A stretch of DNA of 63,243 bases, filler included, from Folioceros fuciformis (Eukaryota), in assembly GCA_049999805.1 (NCBI GenBank). It is 3 parts of 2 records of this genome, joined end to end, with 100 filler letters (N's around TTAATTAATTAA, not from the genome) between each part and the next. Parts side by side here need not be neighbours in the genome. Positions count along the whole stretch, not along the records: positions 1 to 25,498 come from JBNGIO010006300.1; 2 more parts are not named here. One strand, given 5' to 3'. The position numbers were made by a program, and so were the translations under genes. This document shows positions 11,718 through 23,214 of the stretch, piece by piece (position 1 is the stretch's first letter; every line of letters starts with the position of its first letter). Under the pieces are notes generated by a model. It saw only the letters and a program-made list of their open reading frames with translations. It had not been told where the DNA came from and searched no databases.

Positions 11718-12006
11718 TAGGGCGTCGGTTAGGGCGCTAGTTAGGGGGCCACCGCCGACTAGGGCGCCGGTTAGGGCGCTGGTTAGGGGCCACCGCCGAC
11801 TAGGGCGCCGGTTAGGGCGCTGGTTAGGGGGCCACCGCCGACTAGGGCGCCGGTTAGGGCGCTGGTTAGGGGGCCACCGCCGACTAGGGCGCCGGTTAGG
11901 GGGCCACCGCCGACTAGGGCGCCGGTTAGGGGGCCACCGCCGACTAGGGCGCCGGTTAGGGCGCTAGTTAGGGGGCCACCGCCGACTAGGGCGCCGGTTA
12001 GGGCGC
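11718..12006. repeat. GC-rich minisatellite (12/30/42-bp subunits, e.g. TAGGGCGCCGGTTAGGGCGCTGGTTAGGGGGCCACCGCCGAC) with many TTAGGG motifs
   Basis: Directly visible, between the El4 PBS and the first recognisable gag residues (DELARSTITLTLSKSV, near 12112). Confidence 0.9.
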
Positions 12007-12111
12007 AGCCGTCGGCTAGGGCTAGGGCGCGAGTGGGACGCCAACGAGGCGCCATTTGCGCGCTAGCGAGGCGCCAGCAAGGCACGACCCGGCCCAGCAA
12101 GGCACGACCTA

Positions 12112-15100
12112 GATGAGCTTGCTAGGTCTACCATCACGCTAACATTGTCGAAGTCGGTCTACTTCAACGTGAAAGACAAGACCANNNNNNNNNNNNNNNN
12201 NNNNNNNNNNNNNNNNNNNNNNNNNNNNNNNNNNNNNNNNNNNNNNNNNNNNNNNNNNNNNNNNNNNNNNNNNNNNNNNNNNNNTTGAAACAGCTGGTGG
12301 ACTTGAAGATGAAGGAAGGGACGAGGATGTTCGATCATCTAAACGAGTTCAATACCATTTTCAGCCAGCTCTCATCTCAAGGTATCTCGTTCCCAGATTC
12401 AGTGAGAGCTATGTTTCTGTTGGTCATATTACCAGAGAGTTGGGACACCTTTTGTACAGCTCTGAGTAATTCCGCTCTTGCCATTGGTCTTACCGTTGTA
12501 AATGTAGAAGGCAGCCTGTTAACAGAGGAGGTGAACAGGAAGAATATGGAACCTTCGAAAGGTTCCAATGCCCTCATGGTGAGAGGAAGGTCCACTTCAA
12601 AGGGGAAGTACAAGGCGCGAAGTCGTTCCCGTAGTAAGTCTCGTAGTCGTAACAATGTTGAGTGTTACCATTGTCACAAGAAGGGTCACGTCATAAGGGA
12701 CTGCGAGAAGTTCAAGAAGGACAAAGGAAAGGAGAAGAAGCAAAGCGACAACAAGCCAAGTCCGAGTACCAAGCCTAACGAGGTGAATTTTGTTGACGAT
12801 GGAGATGTTCTTATCTCTTCTTCCTTCGATTCTGCACAACTGACAGCCGGGGAGAGTAACTTATTCTCTAATTGGATAATTGACTCTCGAGCATCTTTCC
12901 ATGTTACTCCGCATAGGGAGTGGTTTAGCACGTATGATGCTACTAGGAAAGGATGTGTACGGCTTGGAAATAACTACGCATGCGAGATTGCAAGCGTTGG
13001 TGATGTGCAGCTGAAGTTCGACAATGGATCTTCATTCATACTCAAGGATGTTAAACATGTTCCGAAGTTGATCAAAAGCATGATTAGCGCAGGGCAGTTG
13101 GATGACGCTGGCTACCACTGTTGGTTTGGAGATTGTTCTTGGAAGATCTCCAAAGGTTCTCTTGTGTTAGCTTGTGGATCGAAGTGTGGCACTTTGTACT
13201 CACTTCAAGTAACCACTGTCCAGGATCATGTGATTTGTGTAACGGAACAGCCAAGTGTTTCCTTATGGCATAGGCGGTTATGACATATGTCTCAAAAAGG
13301 AATGAAGATACTATCTCGTTTTGGTTACTATCCCTGCTTTTGACTTCTCCGATTTCTCCATGTGTGAGTACTGTTTGTATGGGAAACAGACGAAGTCACT
13401 ACATGGAGCAAGAGGTAAATACAAAAGTAAACCTCTTGAATTGGTTCACAGTGACGTTTGTGGACCTATGCCCACTGTATCGTTAGGCGGTGCATTCTAT
13501 TTTGTCACTTTCATCGATGACTTCTCACGCAAGGTGTGGGTTTATCCTTTGAGGAAAAAGGATGATGTTCTGACAGTGTTTCAGAAATTTGTCACCCTTG
13601 TGGAAAATCAGTCTGGCCTTCGACTGAAGTATCTGAGGACCGATAATGGGGGAGAGTATGTCTCGAAGGCTTTCCAGTCATTCTGTGATTCCAAGGGAAT
13701 CAAGAGAGAATTGACTGCGCCGTATTCTCCTCCCTCGAATGGTGTGGCTGAACGGATGAACATGACCATCCAGGAGAGGATGCGTAGTTTATTGTCAAAC
13801 TCTGGATTGCCTAACGGATTTTGGGCAGAAGCAGTGGTTACTGCGGTGCATCTTATTAACAGATCTCCTAATAGGGCTGTGGATGAACAGGTTCTAGAGA
13901 AGATGTGGTCTGGAAAGAAGCCGTCATACAAGCATCTACGAGTGCTTGGCTGCAAGGCATACTACCATGTTCCTAAGGAGTTTCGGGACAAGTTGGCACC
14001 CAAGTCCAAGAAATGTATTTTTCTTGGCTATGATGAATCTCGTGAGATGGGATACCGTCTGTGGGATCCAGAGGCCAAGAGGATGGTTCGCAGCAATGAC
14101 GTGTTCTTCAATGAGACCAAGATGCACAAGAAGCCTACTCCAACTGTGGAGGTGCGACAAGTGGTTTTTCAAGAAGATGGACTTGACCGTCCCGCGCAGG
14201 TTGAACGTCATGCTGTGCAGGAACAAGTTCCTCCACTTGTAGAAGAGGAGAGAGTGCAACTAGCTCCGGTCGAGGCGCCAGTCCTTCGTAGGTCAGGAAG
14301 GATCTCACGTCCTCCTGCTAGGTATGTTGCATCTCTTGATTATGTCATGTTGACAGATAGTGGGGAGCCCTCTTGTTACCAAGAGGCCATGTTAGTGACT
14401 GACAAGGACAAGTGGGAGAAGGCGATGCAGTTGCAGATGGATTCGCTCCACAAGAACCAAACTTGGGAGTTGGTTCGATTGCCTAAGGGCAAAAAGGCAT
14501 TGCCATGCAAATGGGTGTATAAGATGAAGGACATACCCCATTATGGCAAACCCAAGTACAAGGCATGATTGGTTGCTAAGGGTTTTAAGCAACAGCAAGG
14601 TATTGACTTTGATGAGATTTTCTCGCCAGTTGTCAAAATGACCACCTTGCGATGTGTCCTTGGTCTAGTTGCAAGGCACGACATGGAACTTATCCAAATG
14701 GATGTGAAGTCGGCATTTTTGCATAGTGATCTCCAGGAAGAGGTATACATGCAGCAACCAAAGGGTTTCATTGAGAAGGGCAAAGAGAATCTGGTGTGCA
14801 GGTTAAAAAAGAGCCTTTATGGTTTGAAGCAAACACCCAGGGAGTGGTATTTCAAGTTCCACTCATTTATGCTTTCTCAAGGCTACAAGCGTAGCGATGA
14901 GGATCATTGCCTCTATACGAAGCAAGCTAAGGATGGAAGCTTGCTCATTCTGGTCCTCTATGTGGATGATATGCTAATTGCTGGGACTAACAGTGATGAG
15001 ATTTCAGTGTTGAAGTCAAAGTTGAACGGTCGCTTTGACATGACAGACTTGGGAGAGGCAAGCCATATTCTTGGCATGCGTATTTGTCGAGACAGATAGA

Positions 15101-15918
15101 AGCATTTGCTTTACTTGTCTCAGACTGAATACATTAACAAGGTGCTTCAACGTTTCAATATGGAGAAGGGGAAGGTATTGAATACTCCGTTACCTCCATA
15201 TGTGAAACTTTCGAGCAAAGATTGCCCAAGCTCTACGGAGGACAAAGCTAAAATGGAGAAGGTTCCATACTCATTAGCTGTGGGGAGTTTGATGTATGCA
15301 ATGATTGCTACGTGTCCTGACATTGCGTTTGCAGTGGGAGTGGTTAGCATGTTTAGGTCAAACCCTGGCAGAAAGCATTGGGAGGCAGTGAAAGGAGTTA
15401 TGAGGTACTTGAATGGTACAAAAGCTTTGTGCATATGTTTTGGTAGTGAAGATGCATTTGTCGTGGGATATACAAATGCTGATTATGCAGGGGATATGGA
15501 CAAAAGGAGGTCCACATCCGGTTATGTCTTCATGTGCACTGGAGGGGCAGTCTCATGGCGATCGCATTTGCAATCGTGCATAACGCTATCTATCACAGAG
15601 GCCGAGTATGTTGCAGCGACTGAGGCATGCAAGGAAGCCATGTGGCTTGCTCGTTTAGTGGGAGATTTGGGGATCAAGGTTGAGCTGCGAGTGTTGCATT
15701 GTGATAGCCAAAGTGCTATCCAATTGGCAAAGAATCCAGTGTTTCTTGCGAAGACTAAACATGTAGAAGTGAAGTATCACTTCATTCGAGAGGTGTTGGA
15801 AGACAAGAGGGTACAACTTGTCAAAGTTCACATTAGTCAGAACCCTGTAGATGTTCTTACCAAGGGGCTCTCTTCGGAGCAATTCGCACAAGCTCGGACA
15901 CTCATGGGCATGAGGTAA
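12112..15918 (+). pseudogene. El4 gag-pol (gag, CCHC, protease, integrase, RT, RNase H) with premature stops and a frameshift
   Basis: Motifs CYHCHKKGHVIRDC, WIIDSRASFH, LELVHSDVCGPM, RTDNGGEY, NGVAERMN, YVDDMLI, TKHVEVKYHFIRE. Stops at 13281, 14566 and 15097; frameshift near 13330. Confidence 0.95.
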
Positions 15919-15960
15919 GCCACTCTCCTATGAAGGTAAATTGGCCTTTAAGGGGGAGCT

Positions 15961-16251
15961 TGTAGGGTTATTAAAGCCCAATGTGTTTAGACTAACGTGT
16001 TTAGTCTAAGACTAGTGTCTAGTTAAGTATCATTAGCTTACATTAGATTAAGCTAATCTGTACGAAGCTTCTTGCGCAGCTTCCTATGCGCTTCTTGTGA
16101 AGCTTCCTAGGGAGCTCTTCTAGAGGGTATAAATACCCCCTTGAGCTCGCTTGCATATTGAGACCTTTTGTGAGAGCATGTTCTCTCTTTCTTCTCTTCT
16201 CCTTGCCTCCTCCTCTCCTCTCCTGCACCATGCCCCTCTAGCCTTCCTTCA
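15961..16251 (+). repeat. 3' LTR of El4
   Basis: Direct repeat of 11324-11619. Confidence 0.95.
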
Positions 16252-16256
16252 CTAAA

Positions 16257-16676
16257 GAAAACTTGTGTATGGCAAATATGAATCGAAGCACACGAATCCA
16301 GATACCACCTAGTGTGATCAACAGGATTTCGGGTCAGGCATACGGCCATGATGCCTAGTGAAGAGGACATTGGCAATCTACTTCCAGAGGATGAGGAAGC
16401 AACATAGGCAGAGGGTGAGCGCCCTTTTTGAGGAATCCCTGAGGCTTGCTTCCTGCATTCATTTTCCCAGTGGCCTGGGATGCCACACCAATTGCTATTA
16501 CTTTTTTGTCTAGTGTTTGCTTTTGGTTGTGGCAGTCGTTGCTGCCTATTTGACCTTGGTTGAAAAGGTCTGCCTCTATGTGGAGTGATTTCTTGCACCC
16601 AAGAACCACCAAAAGGGCCACACTTCCCCTTATTATCGTTGCAGTCTTCTGATTCGCTCCCAAGGGAGTAAACTAA
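16257..16676 (-). pseudogene. El2 gag C-terminus, zinc knuckle and protease N-terminal half
   Basis: SNWCGIPGHWENECRK and WYLDSCASIHIC; continues in frame at 11318 once El4 is removed. Confidence 0.85.
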
Positions 16677-17329
16677 TGTCAAGGATGCCTACAATTACCT
16701 ACTCTCGCTTCTACCTATCAGCCGGTCCCTACTCCTGGTAGCACTCCAGCAAAAAGGTCAGAATCCCTAGCCTACCTTCAGCTCAATCCACTAATCCCAC
16801 ACTCCAGCACTTCAGCCCTTCATGACTCCACTTCATTCCATCACTTCTTCACTTCAGTCATTCACCTCTTCACTTCAGCTCACACTTCTGCACTCTAGCA
16901 GCTCACACTTCCCTTCACTTTAGTCCAACACTTCCCCACTTTGCTTCAGCTCACCCTTGAAATTTAGGACATAACAACCTCGCTTCTTGCAGTCTTCAAG
17001 CACGGGTGTGGAAACTAGGACTGGATAGCCCTCCTGGCTCACGGCCCCATCACTTCACCTCAGCCAGCCTGCAAAATGTTCAGCCATTGCGGATCCGGCC
17101 ACACGGATCTTGGCAGTCTTGGGATCCACCAAGTTCCCCTGGCAAGGGGGATCAAGTCCTTGGTTCAATCTCAAACCGGCTCAGCACTCTAAGTCGGGAG
17201 TCTGCACACAAGGTCAAGGGAAATCACATCGTAGACCACCACCTCCTCAATGGCAGGTCTACCTTCTTATACTAGCTAACCCTCCATCTCTCTCTTCTAG
17301 GGTTATCATGAATCAACCACCTAACCATC

Positions 17330-17892
17330 TTTCTCTGACCTAAGCCACAACTACACCTGGTTCTGACCTAAACCTAACCTAAGTATGACCTAACCTAACC
17401 TAACCTTGGTATGACCTAAACCCAACCTTGGTATGACCTAAACCTAACCTAGGTCTGACCTTAACCCAACCTAGGTCTGACCTAAACCCAACCTTGGTAT
17501 GACCTAAACCTAATCTAGGTCTGACCTAAACCCAACCTAGGTCTAACCTAAACCCAACCTAGGTCTGACCTAAACCCAACCTAGGTCTGACCTACACCTA
17601 ACCTAGGTCTGACCTAAACCTAACCTAGGTCTGACCTAAATCTAACCTAAGTCTGACCTAACCTAACCTAGGATTGACCTAACCTAATCAAGTCTAAACT
17701 AAACCTAACCTAGGTCTAACCTAACCTAGGTTTGACCTAACCTAATCAAGTCTAAACTAAACCTAACTTAGGTCTGACCTAGACCTCACCTAGGTCTGAC
17801 CTAGACCTCACCTAGNNNNNNNNNNTAGGTCTGACCTAGACCTCACCTAGGTCTGACCTAGACCTCACCTAGGTCTGACCTAACCTAACCTA
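17330..17892. repeat. About 22-bp minisatellite (CCTAGGTCTGACCTAAACC[C/T]AA and variants)
   Basis: Directly visible, more than 20 degenerate units, with a small internal N gap. Confidence 0.92.
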
Positions 17893-18137
17893 CCCTTGCT
17901 TCTAATTGCCCGTTACCCCTTGACACCGCTGGTTGCCCTCTATCCAAAATTATCAGCCTCTCAGATCTACCAAAAATCAGGAGTGCTTCTCACACCCCCC
18001 TCCTCTCCTCTCTCGGACCAGATCATTCCTTCCCCTCCGATCATCCTACACCCTTCAAAGTCTTCCATCTTCAGGTCCTTCCCTCCATTCTACTGGCCAA
18101 GACTCATGTCCCAGCAAAACTACCCACCTAGCGCCCT

Positions 18138-18392
18138 TAGATGAGCACCTTGCAAGCTGGGCACTGGAGATGACACCCCACCAATCCTGCCAACATAATC
18201 ATCACTAGGCTTCCCACCCACTAGCAGCACACCTATGCTAGACTTTCAACCTATAGATGAGCACCTTGCAAGCTGGGCACTGGAGATGACACCCCACCAA
18301 GGCACTGGAGATGACACCCCACCAATCCCGCCAACATAATCATCACTAGGCTTCCCACCCACTAGCAGCACACCTATGCTAGACTTTCAACC
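18138..18392. repeat. Direct duplication of about 115 bp; the second copy carries an extra internal 24-bp duplication
   Basis: TAGATGAGCACC...GACTTTCAACC at 18138-18251 and 18254-18392. Confidence 0.85.
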
Positions 18393-21300
18393 AGGCTTGC
18401 TGCTAGTGGATGGAAAGCCGAATGCCGCTTATGTCCTATGTCTGGATGGGGTAGTTTGCCAATCCCTCAGCTTTGTCCGCACACATCCTCCTCCGACCCT
18501 TGTCCACGCCACCATAATCCCCTTGAACTGGACATGGATACCGAGACTGGCCACAACCCAACTGAGCAATCATCCAATCCCTTTGACCTTCTCGTCAGGG
18601 CTCAGGCCATAGTGCAGCAACTCATCAGCATACCATACCCGTAATCCGCACTTTTGGAGATCCTTCAGGATGTTTAGCAGAACCTTCGGCAAGCCAGACT
18701 ACTTCGGAGAGGGATGCGCCACTAGCTGCCCATTGCTCGTGCTCATGGGTTTGATCCTTCCCAACCTCCTCACAAGCATCCGTTCGCTTAACCCCATCCC
18801 CGGAACTTTACGGAATCCACATTGTTTTCACCCTCACCGACTAGGAGGGCTTCCATATCAAGCTACTGCTGGAAAATGGGGGCCATTCAAAAGAAGTCAA
18901 ACAAGTCCCCTTACAGTCTTTCACCAGCTGAGGCCGTAGCCTCGTCATGTAGAGGCTGGTGTAGGACAGCGTGGATATAAGCCATACAAAGGGCACCCCC
19001 AGTTTAGTTATCGTGCCCCTTTAGGGTCTTCCCCATGCCGGGACTTAACCCCTCCTGTTTTGCACCGGCCCCACTTTGACAGCCCGTCATGCCCGAATCG
19101 GTCTGGACCACTACTCTAGGTCACCACAAGCGGCAGAAGTAGACCGGAACTTCCGGACTTTTGCATCAGGCGCCTTGCTGGCCTTGCCTGCACCCCGCCT
19201 CCCACGACGGCTTGCTGCAGCCCGACCATCCTGCGAAACCTCGGATCTAGCCACCCGTAGCCAGTCGCCTGCTCGCCTGGTGGTTGCGATCGCCAGCCCG
19301 CCTGGATCCAAGTAGCCCGTCATGACGATTTGGCGCTGGCCGCCTGCCACTTGTTTGCCTCAGCCTGGGGTGCCCTACCTTCAATCATGGCAGCCGGGCC
19401 GCCTGGCCTACTGAATCCGGCGGCTACTGAGCCACCTGCTAGTTTCCCGATCTGGCCTCGGCTGCCTAGCAGCCAGATCGCTTGCCTAGAGGCCGCTTGC
19501 CCACCACGATCCAGCTCAGCCTGCCTGGCTTCCGAATTTAGCCCCGGCCTGCCATGCCTGGAGTGTCCTGCCGGCCAGGATCTGGCCAAACCTAGCTCCA
19601 CCCGCCAGACCTGCCGATCGATCCCGTCCGCCATCCAGTCGCATGCCGTCCACGGCCGCTGCTGCCCGAGGCTTGGCCAGCCTGTTGGCTGGCTAGATCC
19701 GGCTGGGAAGCCGGCCGGATCGGGCAGGCCCCCCTACCAACCGGCCCGCATTGGGTTCAGCCATGCCGCCAACCATTCTGGCTGGTTGTATTCTCCCGCC
19801 CATCCTTCCCCTGTCTAGCCACCCGCTTGTTCAGGCTTGACTGGCCAAGCTCCCAGGCCAACTTTCCCCGACTCACCTTGCACAGATCCACCCCGGCCAG
19901 TCACCAAGCGGCTGCCTGCTACTAGGCAGAGTCCGTTTGATGCCGGTCCGTCAGCCAATCCGGCTAGCCCACCCGCTGGGAGGCGGAATCAGCCAGCCCG
20001 TCAGCCGGCAGGCCCACTGATCTGCAGGCTGCCTGCCCGCGTTTGGCGGGTCTGCCGCTGTAGCCAGCCCGCCTGGCCGGCCTACATCCTACTGACCGGA
20101 GCCGGTCCGGCCAGCCTGGATCTCCCTCCACGCAGCCGGCCTCCCACTCCAGCCCAGCCGCGTGCACCGAGGCCACTCACCAGCCTCGTTGGCTTCCGGA
20201 TCCAACCACGCCGCCAGCCTTCTTGGTTGGTTGGATCCGCCAGCCCATCCTACCCCTATCTGGCCCAACTATGACCAGCTCGCCCAGAGGTCGCACCCCG
20301 GCCTCCATCCTCAAGGATCTGACCGGCAAGCCCCTCGGCAAATCCTGCTTAGCTAGCCACCCGGCTGGCCTCAGGATCGGCCATCCAGCACAGGCGGATA
20401 CAGCGCCGCCCCTGGCTAATCCGCTCCGGCCTGCTAGATCCAGCCCAGTTCCACCTGACCGGTTCTGGTTCGCCCGCCGACGCCTGGGCCTGCCCGTTGC
20501 TGCCTGCACTGACGATCCAACACCACCACCTGCCCCTCGTCGAGACCAGCCGGCCAGTGCCTTGGTCCCACCGTGAATCCATCCTGGCCCGTTCTTGCAA
20601 GCCAGGCGGCCTGCCTGCTCCGCCCCGGCCAATTCCCCCCAGCCCGGATCCATGCCCGGCTTGGGTTCGGGCCCGATTCGCCACCACCGGCTCGGCTAGG
20701 CTCAGCTCGAGGCTTGCCAGCTTGGGTCCTGCGCCGCCCCTCCCCCAACACGGCCTACTTCAACCTAGCACGATGCTGTGCCCAGCCGAGACCAGCCAAA
20801 CCCGGCCGATCGCCCCCCTGCAACTGATGCCCATTCCCCCTGGCTCTGGCTAGGCAGCCAGCCCGCGGCCCGGTTGCTGCCTGTGGCCCGGCCAGCCTAC
20901 CAGCAACCAGCCAGCTTGGCAGGTCGAGCAGCACAACCAGCCACAGCCAGTCCGGCTTAGGTGTTGCAAACCGACCGCCTGTCCCGACCAACTCGACCGC
21001 CCAACCACGCTCCTTGGATCTAGCCACAACGCCTAGCTGCACAACCACTTGGATGCTCACACAGCTATTGAAGGAGTGCCGCCACCCAGCCTGTCCGGAA
21101 CCCTATGCCATTGCCGCTATAGCACTGTAGTACACCGCTTGTTCGTCGAGCCCTTAGATGAGTCCAACAACCCGCGCTCCGCATCCTTGAGCCCCGGTCG
21201 CAGTAGATCTGCCATGACAGATCTCTGAATCTCTCTGCCCCAAAAGCAAATGCCAGCTTGGTGCTTGGTTGCAACCTCCAGCCTCCCGTGCCCACAATAC

Positions 21301-21899
21301 AGGCGGCATGATAGGCCATCAGGAACGACTCCCAGCCATAGCCACCTTAGATAGCGAGCAACCCGGCCATTGGTCAAGCCAGTCCCGCTTGCATCCCCTA
21401 TCCTTGTCACCCACATCCAGTCCAGCTAGCGAGCTAGAGTGCGCCACAGGACCTGCATTGCTGGTTGCCTACTTATGCCATGATATCGTCGACAGCGCCT
21501 GCCCCAGAGCCCTCGTCCTACCCTGCCCCTAATCGGGCATGCCCCGACCCTCCGTCTCCTCATCGTTGTCACTGCCTAGGCGCTCCAGGTAGCTCCACTC
21601 ACGAGTCTGGGTTCCACACACATCTGGACACCCTAACTAGAGGGACCTAACCCGTGTCCTACCTACCACACACCCGACCTAGACCCTACTCACTAACCCC
21701 ACTAATCTAACCCAATCTCCTAACCGTTTCTCTATAAAATTCAATCAGAGATTCCCAAAAAAAGAAACCCTACCATTTTCTAGGAGTCTATTCATCATGT
21801 GGACTCCACACTCTACCTCATCCTCTGCTAACATACATAATCCTTGTTGGCTTGGAAATAGGTTCTATACCGTAGTGAGTGGTGTTGTCTTGGATAATA

Positions 21900-22480
21900 G
21901 CGGAGATTGCTTCAGTAAGTACTCCATCAGCTGCTTTTGCAGCAATGCCTCCTTTCTTGAGAGCATGCTTGCTAGGCATCTCTTATCCTAGGATTCTGGG
22001 AGGTTATAAAGTCATGATAACTAGCAGGCAAGGTGTTGAGAAATACCGCAGTTGCTTTGACTTCATCAATTTTCCAGCCTGCAATGCAGAGTTTTGCTCT
22101 TGCAAATCTGATGGCAGAGATATGTCCCTGCATAGTGTCTGACTCTTTCATCCTTAGAGACAAAAGGTTTCTTACGGCAACTACCATTGTTCCCAAGTCT
22201 TCAGATTGATAGAGGTTGGAAAGTTTTGACCATGCTTCGGCACTAGTGGTAGTCCCATCAACTTGATGGACCATGGACCTTTCCAACCCAGCTAGGATGA
22301 GTTTCCTAGCCTTCTTGTCAAGCTTTTTCCAAGTATCCACTACTTGCTTGATTGAGCCGGTAGGATCAAGTTCGACCTTGGGCACCGAATCTGTCACAAT
22401 CTTTGATGTCCACGTTATAATTATGAACTATAATCGCAATTTTGATATACTGGAATGGACTTGATAAGGCTCTTCAAGTT
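21900..22480 (-). pseudogene. El2 gag N-terminal region (Copia UBN2-type)
   Basis: WKKLDKKARKLILAGL..TSAEAWSKLSNLYQS..LLSLRMKESDTMQGHI..FLNTLPASYHDFI. Confidence 0.88.
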
Positions 22481-22490
22481 GTTACTAACG

Positions 22491-22946
22491 TCAGCCTGAA
22501 TGGCCTAGACGGTTGCGTCTACGCCTTTGCTCTGTTTGCGCAGGTATAGTTGGAAAACTATGATACAGTACCAACATCAAAGCCATCATCCTGGCTTCTA
22601 ATGAGAATAGTCTAGAATGGTAAGACCCCCTAACGTGCAAGTTCAGTTCACGCTGATTATTCTCTAGATCAGTGAAACGTCTCACAAGAACGTTGATGGA
22701 TTCTTGGAGAAAAGTGATGTGTAGGGAATCACCCTGCAATGATCTGAGTTGTTCTAATTGTTGTGTATGATTCCTACAGGAACTCCATGTGTAACGAATG
22801 CACCTATTCTTGTTTCTAGCCATCATGGAATGAGTGCCCAATGATGCTAGGAATAAGATGTGTGAACAGCATTTGGCAGAAAATAATTTGCCTCAAGGGT
22901 TGCATGAGGGTCTTACTTCAAAGAATTGAAATTCTAGGTCGTCCAT
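22491..22946 (-). pseudogene. Extra ORF ('ORF0', about 150 aa, one internal TGA) between the PBS and gag of El2
   Basis: The ATG at 22946 is in frame with ORF 22491-22841: MDDLEFQFFEVRPSCNP*GKLF...LEQLRSLQ..LENNQRELNL..RLFSLEARMMALM..QRRRRNRLGHSG. Heptad pattern and a basic C-terminal cluster. Confidence 0.5.
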
Positions 22947-22986
22947 ATCATGGGAATCTTCAGGAAGACCCGCTGCTTTGATACTA

Positions 22987-23209
22987 TCTCAATAATTTTG
23001 ATAGAATCACTTTATTACATTTGAATGTGTTACAAGAGAGAGAATCGTTTGAGCAGTCATGAAACTGAAGACACACGAGATGCACAGGGTGCCTGTGAAG
23101 AGGTGCATGTAAGGAGACATGACCTTTCACCTATAGGCCTAATTAATTAAAAAAACAGAACAACGAAACGTGCCCTAATACATGGAGTGACGAGTGCGTT
23201 ACTCCAACA
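22987..23209 (-). repeat. 5' LTR of El2 (223 bp)
   Basis: Direct repeat of 7426-7633, immediately followed on the minus strand by the PBS-like TAGTATCAAAGC. Confidence 0.9.
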
Positions 23210-23214
23210 CGTGG

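Larger units (their letters stand above)
11324..16251 (+). mobile_element. Ty1/Copia element El4 (Tnt1/Tork-like) inserted in the El2 protease
   Basis: LTRs at 11324-11619 and 15961-16251 (TG...CA); perfect TSD CTAAA (11319-11323 / 16252-16256); PBS TGGTATTAGAGC at 11622-11633; PPT AAGGGGGAG at 15950-15958. Removing it restores the host frame ..HTQVFFSTYDT.. Confidence 0.95.
16677..21890 (-). mobile_element. El5: non-coding LTR-element remnant inserted in El2 gag; one LTR (16677-16976) plus a long repeat-rich 3' region; right boundary uncertain
   Basis: On the minus strand the purine tract AAGAAGCGAGG (16978-16988) is followed by TGTTATGTCC...CCTTGACA (300 bp). It interrupts El2 gag. No second LTR and no pol domains were seen. 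Confidence 0.55.
7426..23209 (-). mobile_element. Full-length decayed Ty1/Copia element El2, host of El4 and El5
   Basis: Paired LTRs at 7426-7633 and 22987-23209; near-perfect 5-bp TSD CTTGG (7421-7425) / CGTGG (23210-23214); PBS(Met-i)-like site at 22975-22986; PPT AGTGGGAG at 7634-7641; gag-PR-IN-RT-RH order on the minus strand. Confidence 0.9.

Noticed and set aside
11521..12100. ORFs with GHRRLGRRL / GALVGGGP repeats
   Set aside because: These are translations of the LTR end and the minisatellite, not credible proteins.
17330..17892. Interstitial telomere
   Set aside because: The units are 22-bp composites with CCTAA/CCTAAA fragments, not runs of CCCTAAA; treated as a TE-internal minisatellite.
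19076..21100. Many overlapping 100-160 aa ORFs on both strands
   Set aside because: Explained by extreme GC content and low-complexity repeats that lack stop codons; the translations are P/A/R/G-rich with no domain.
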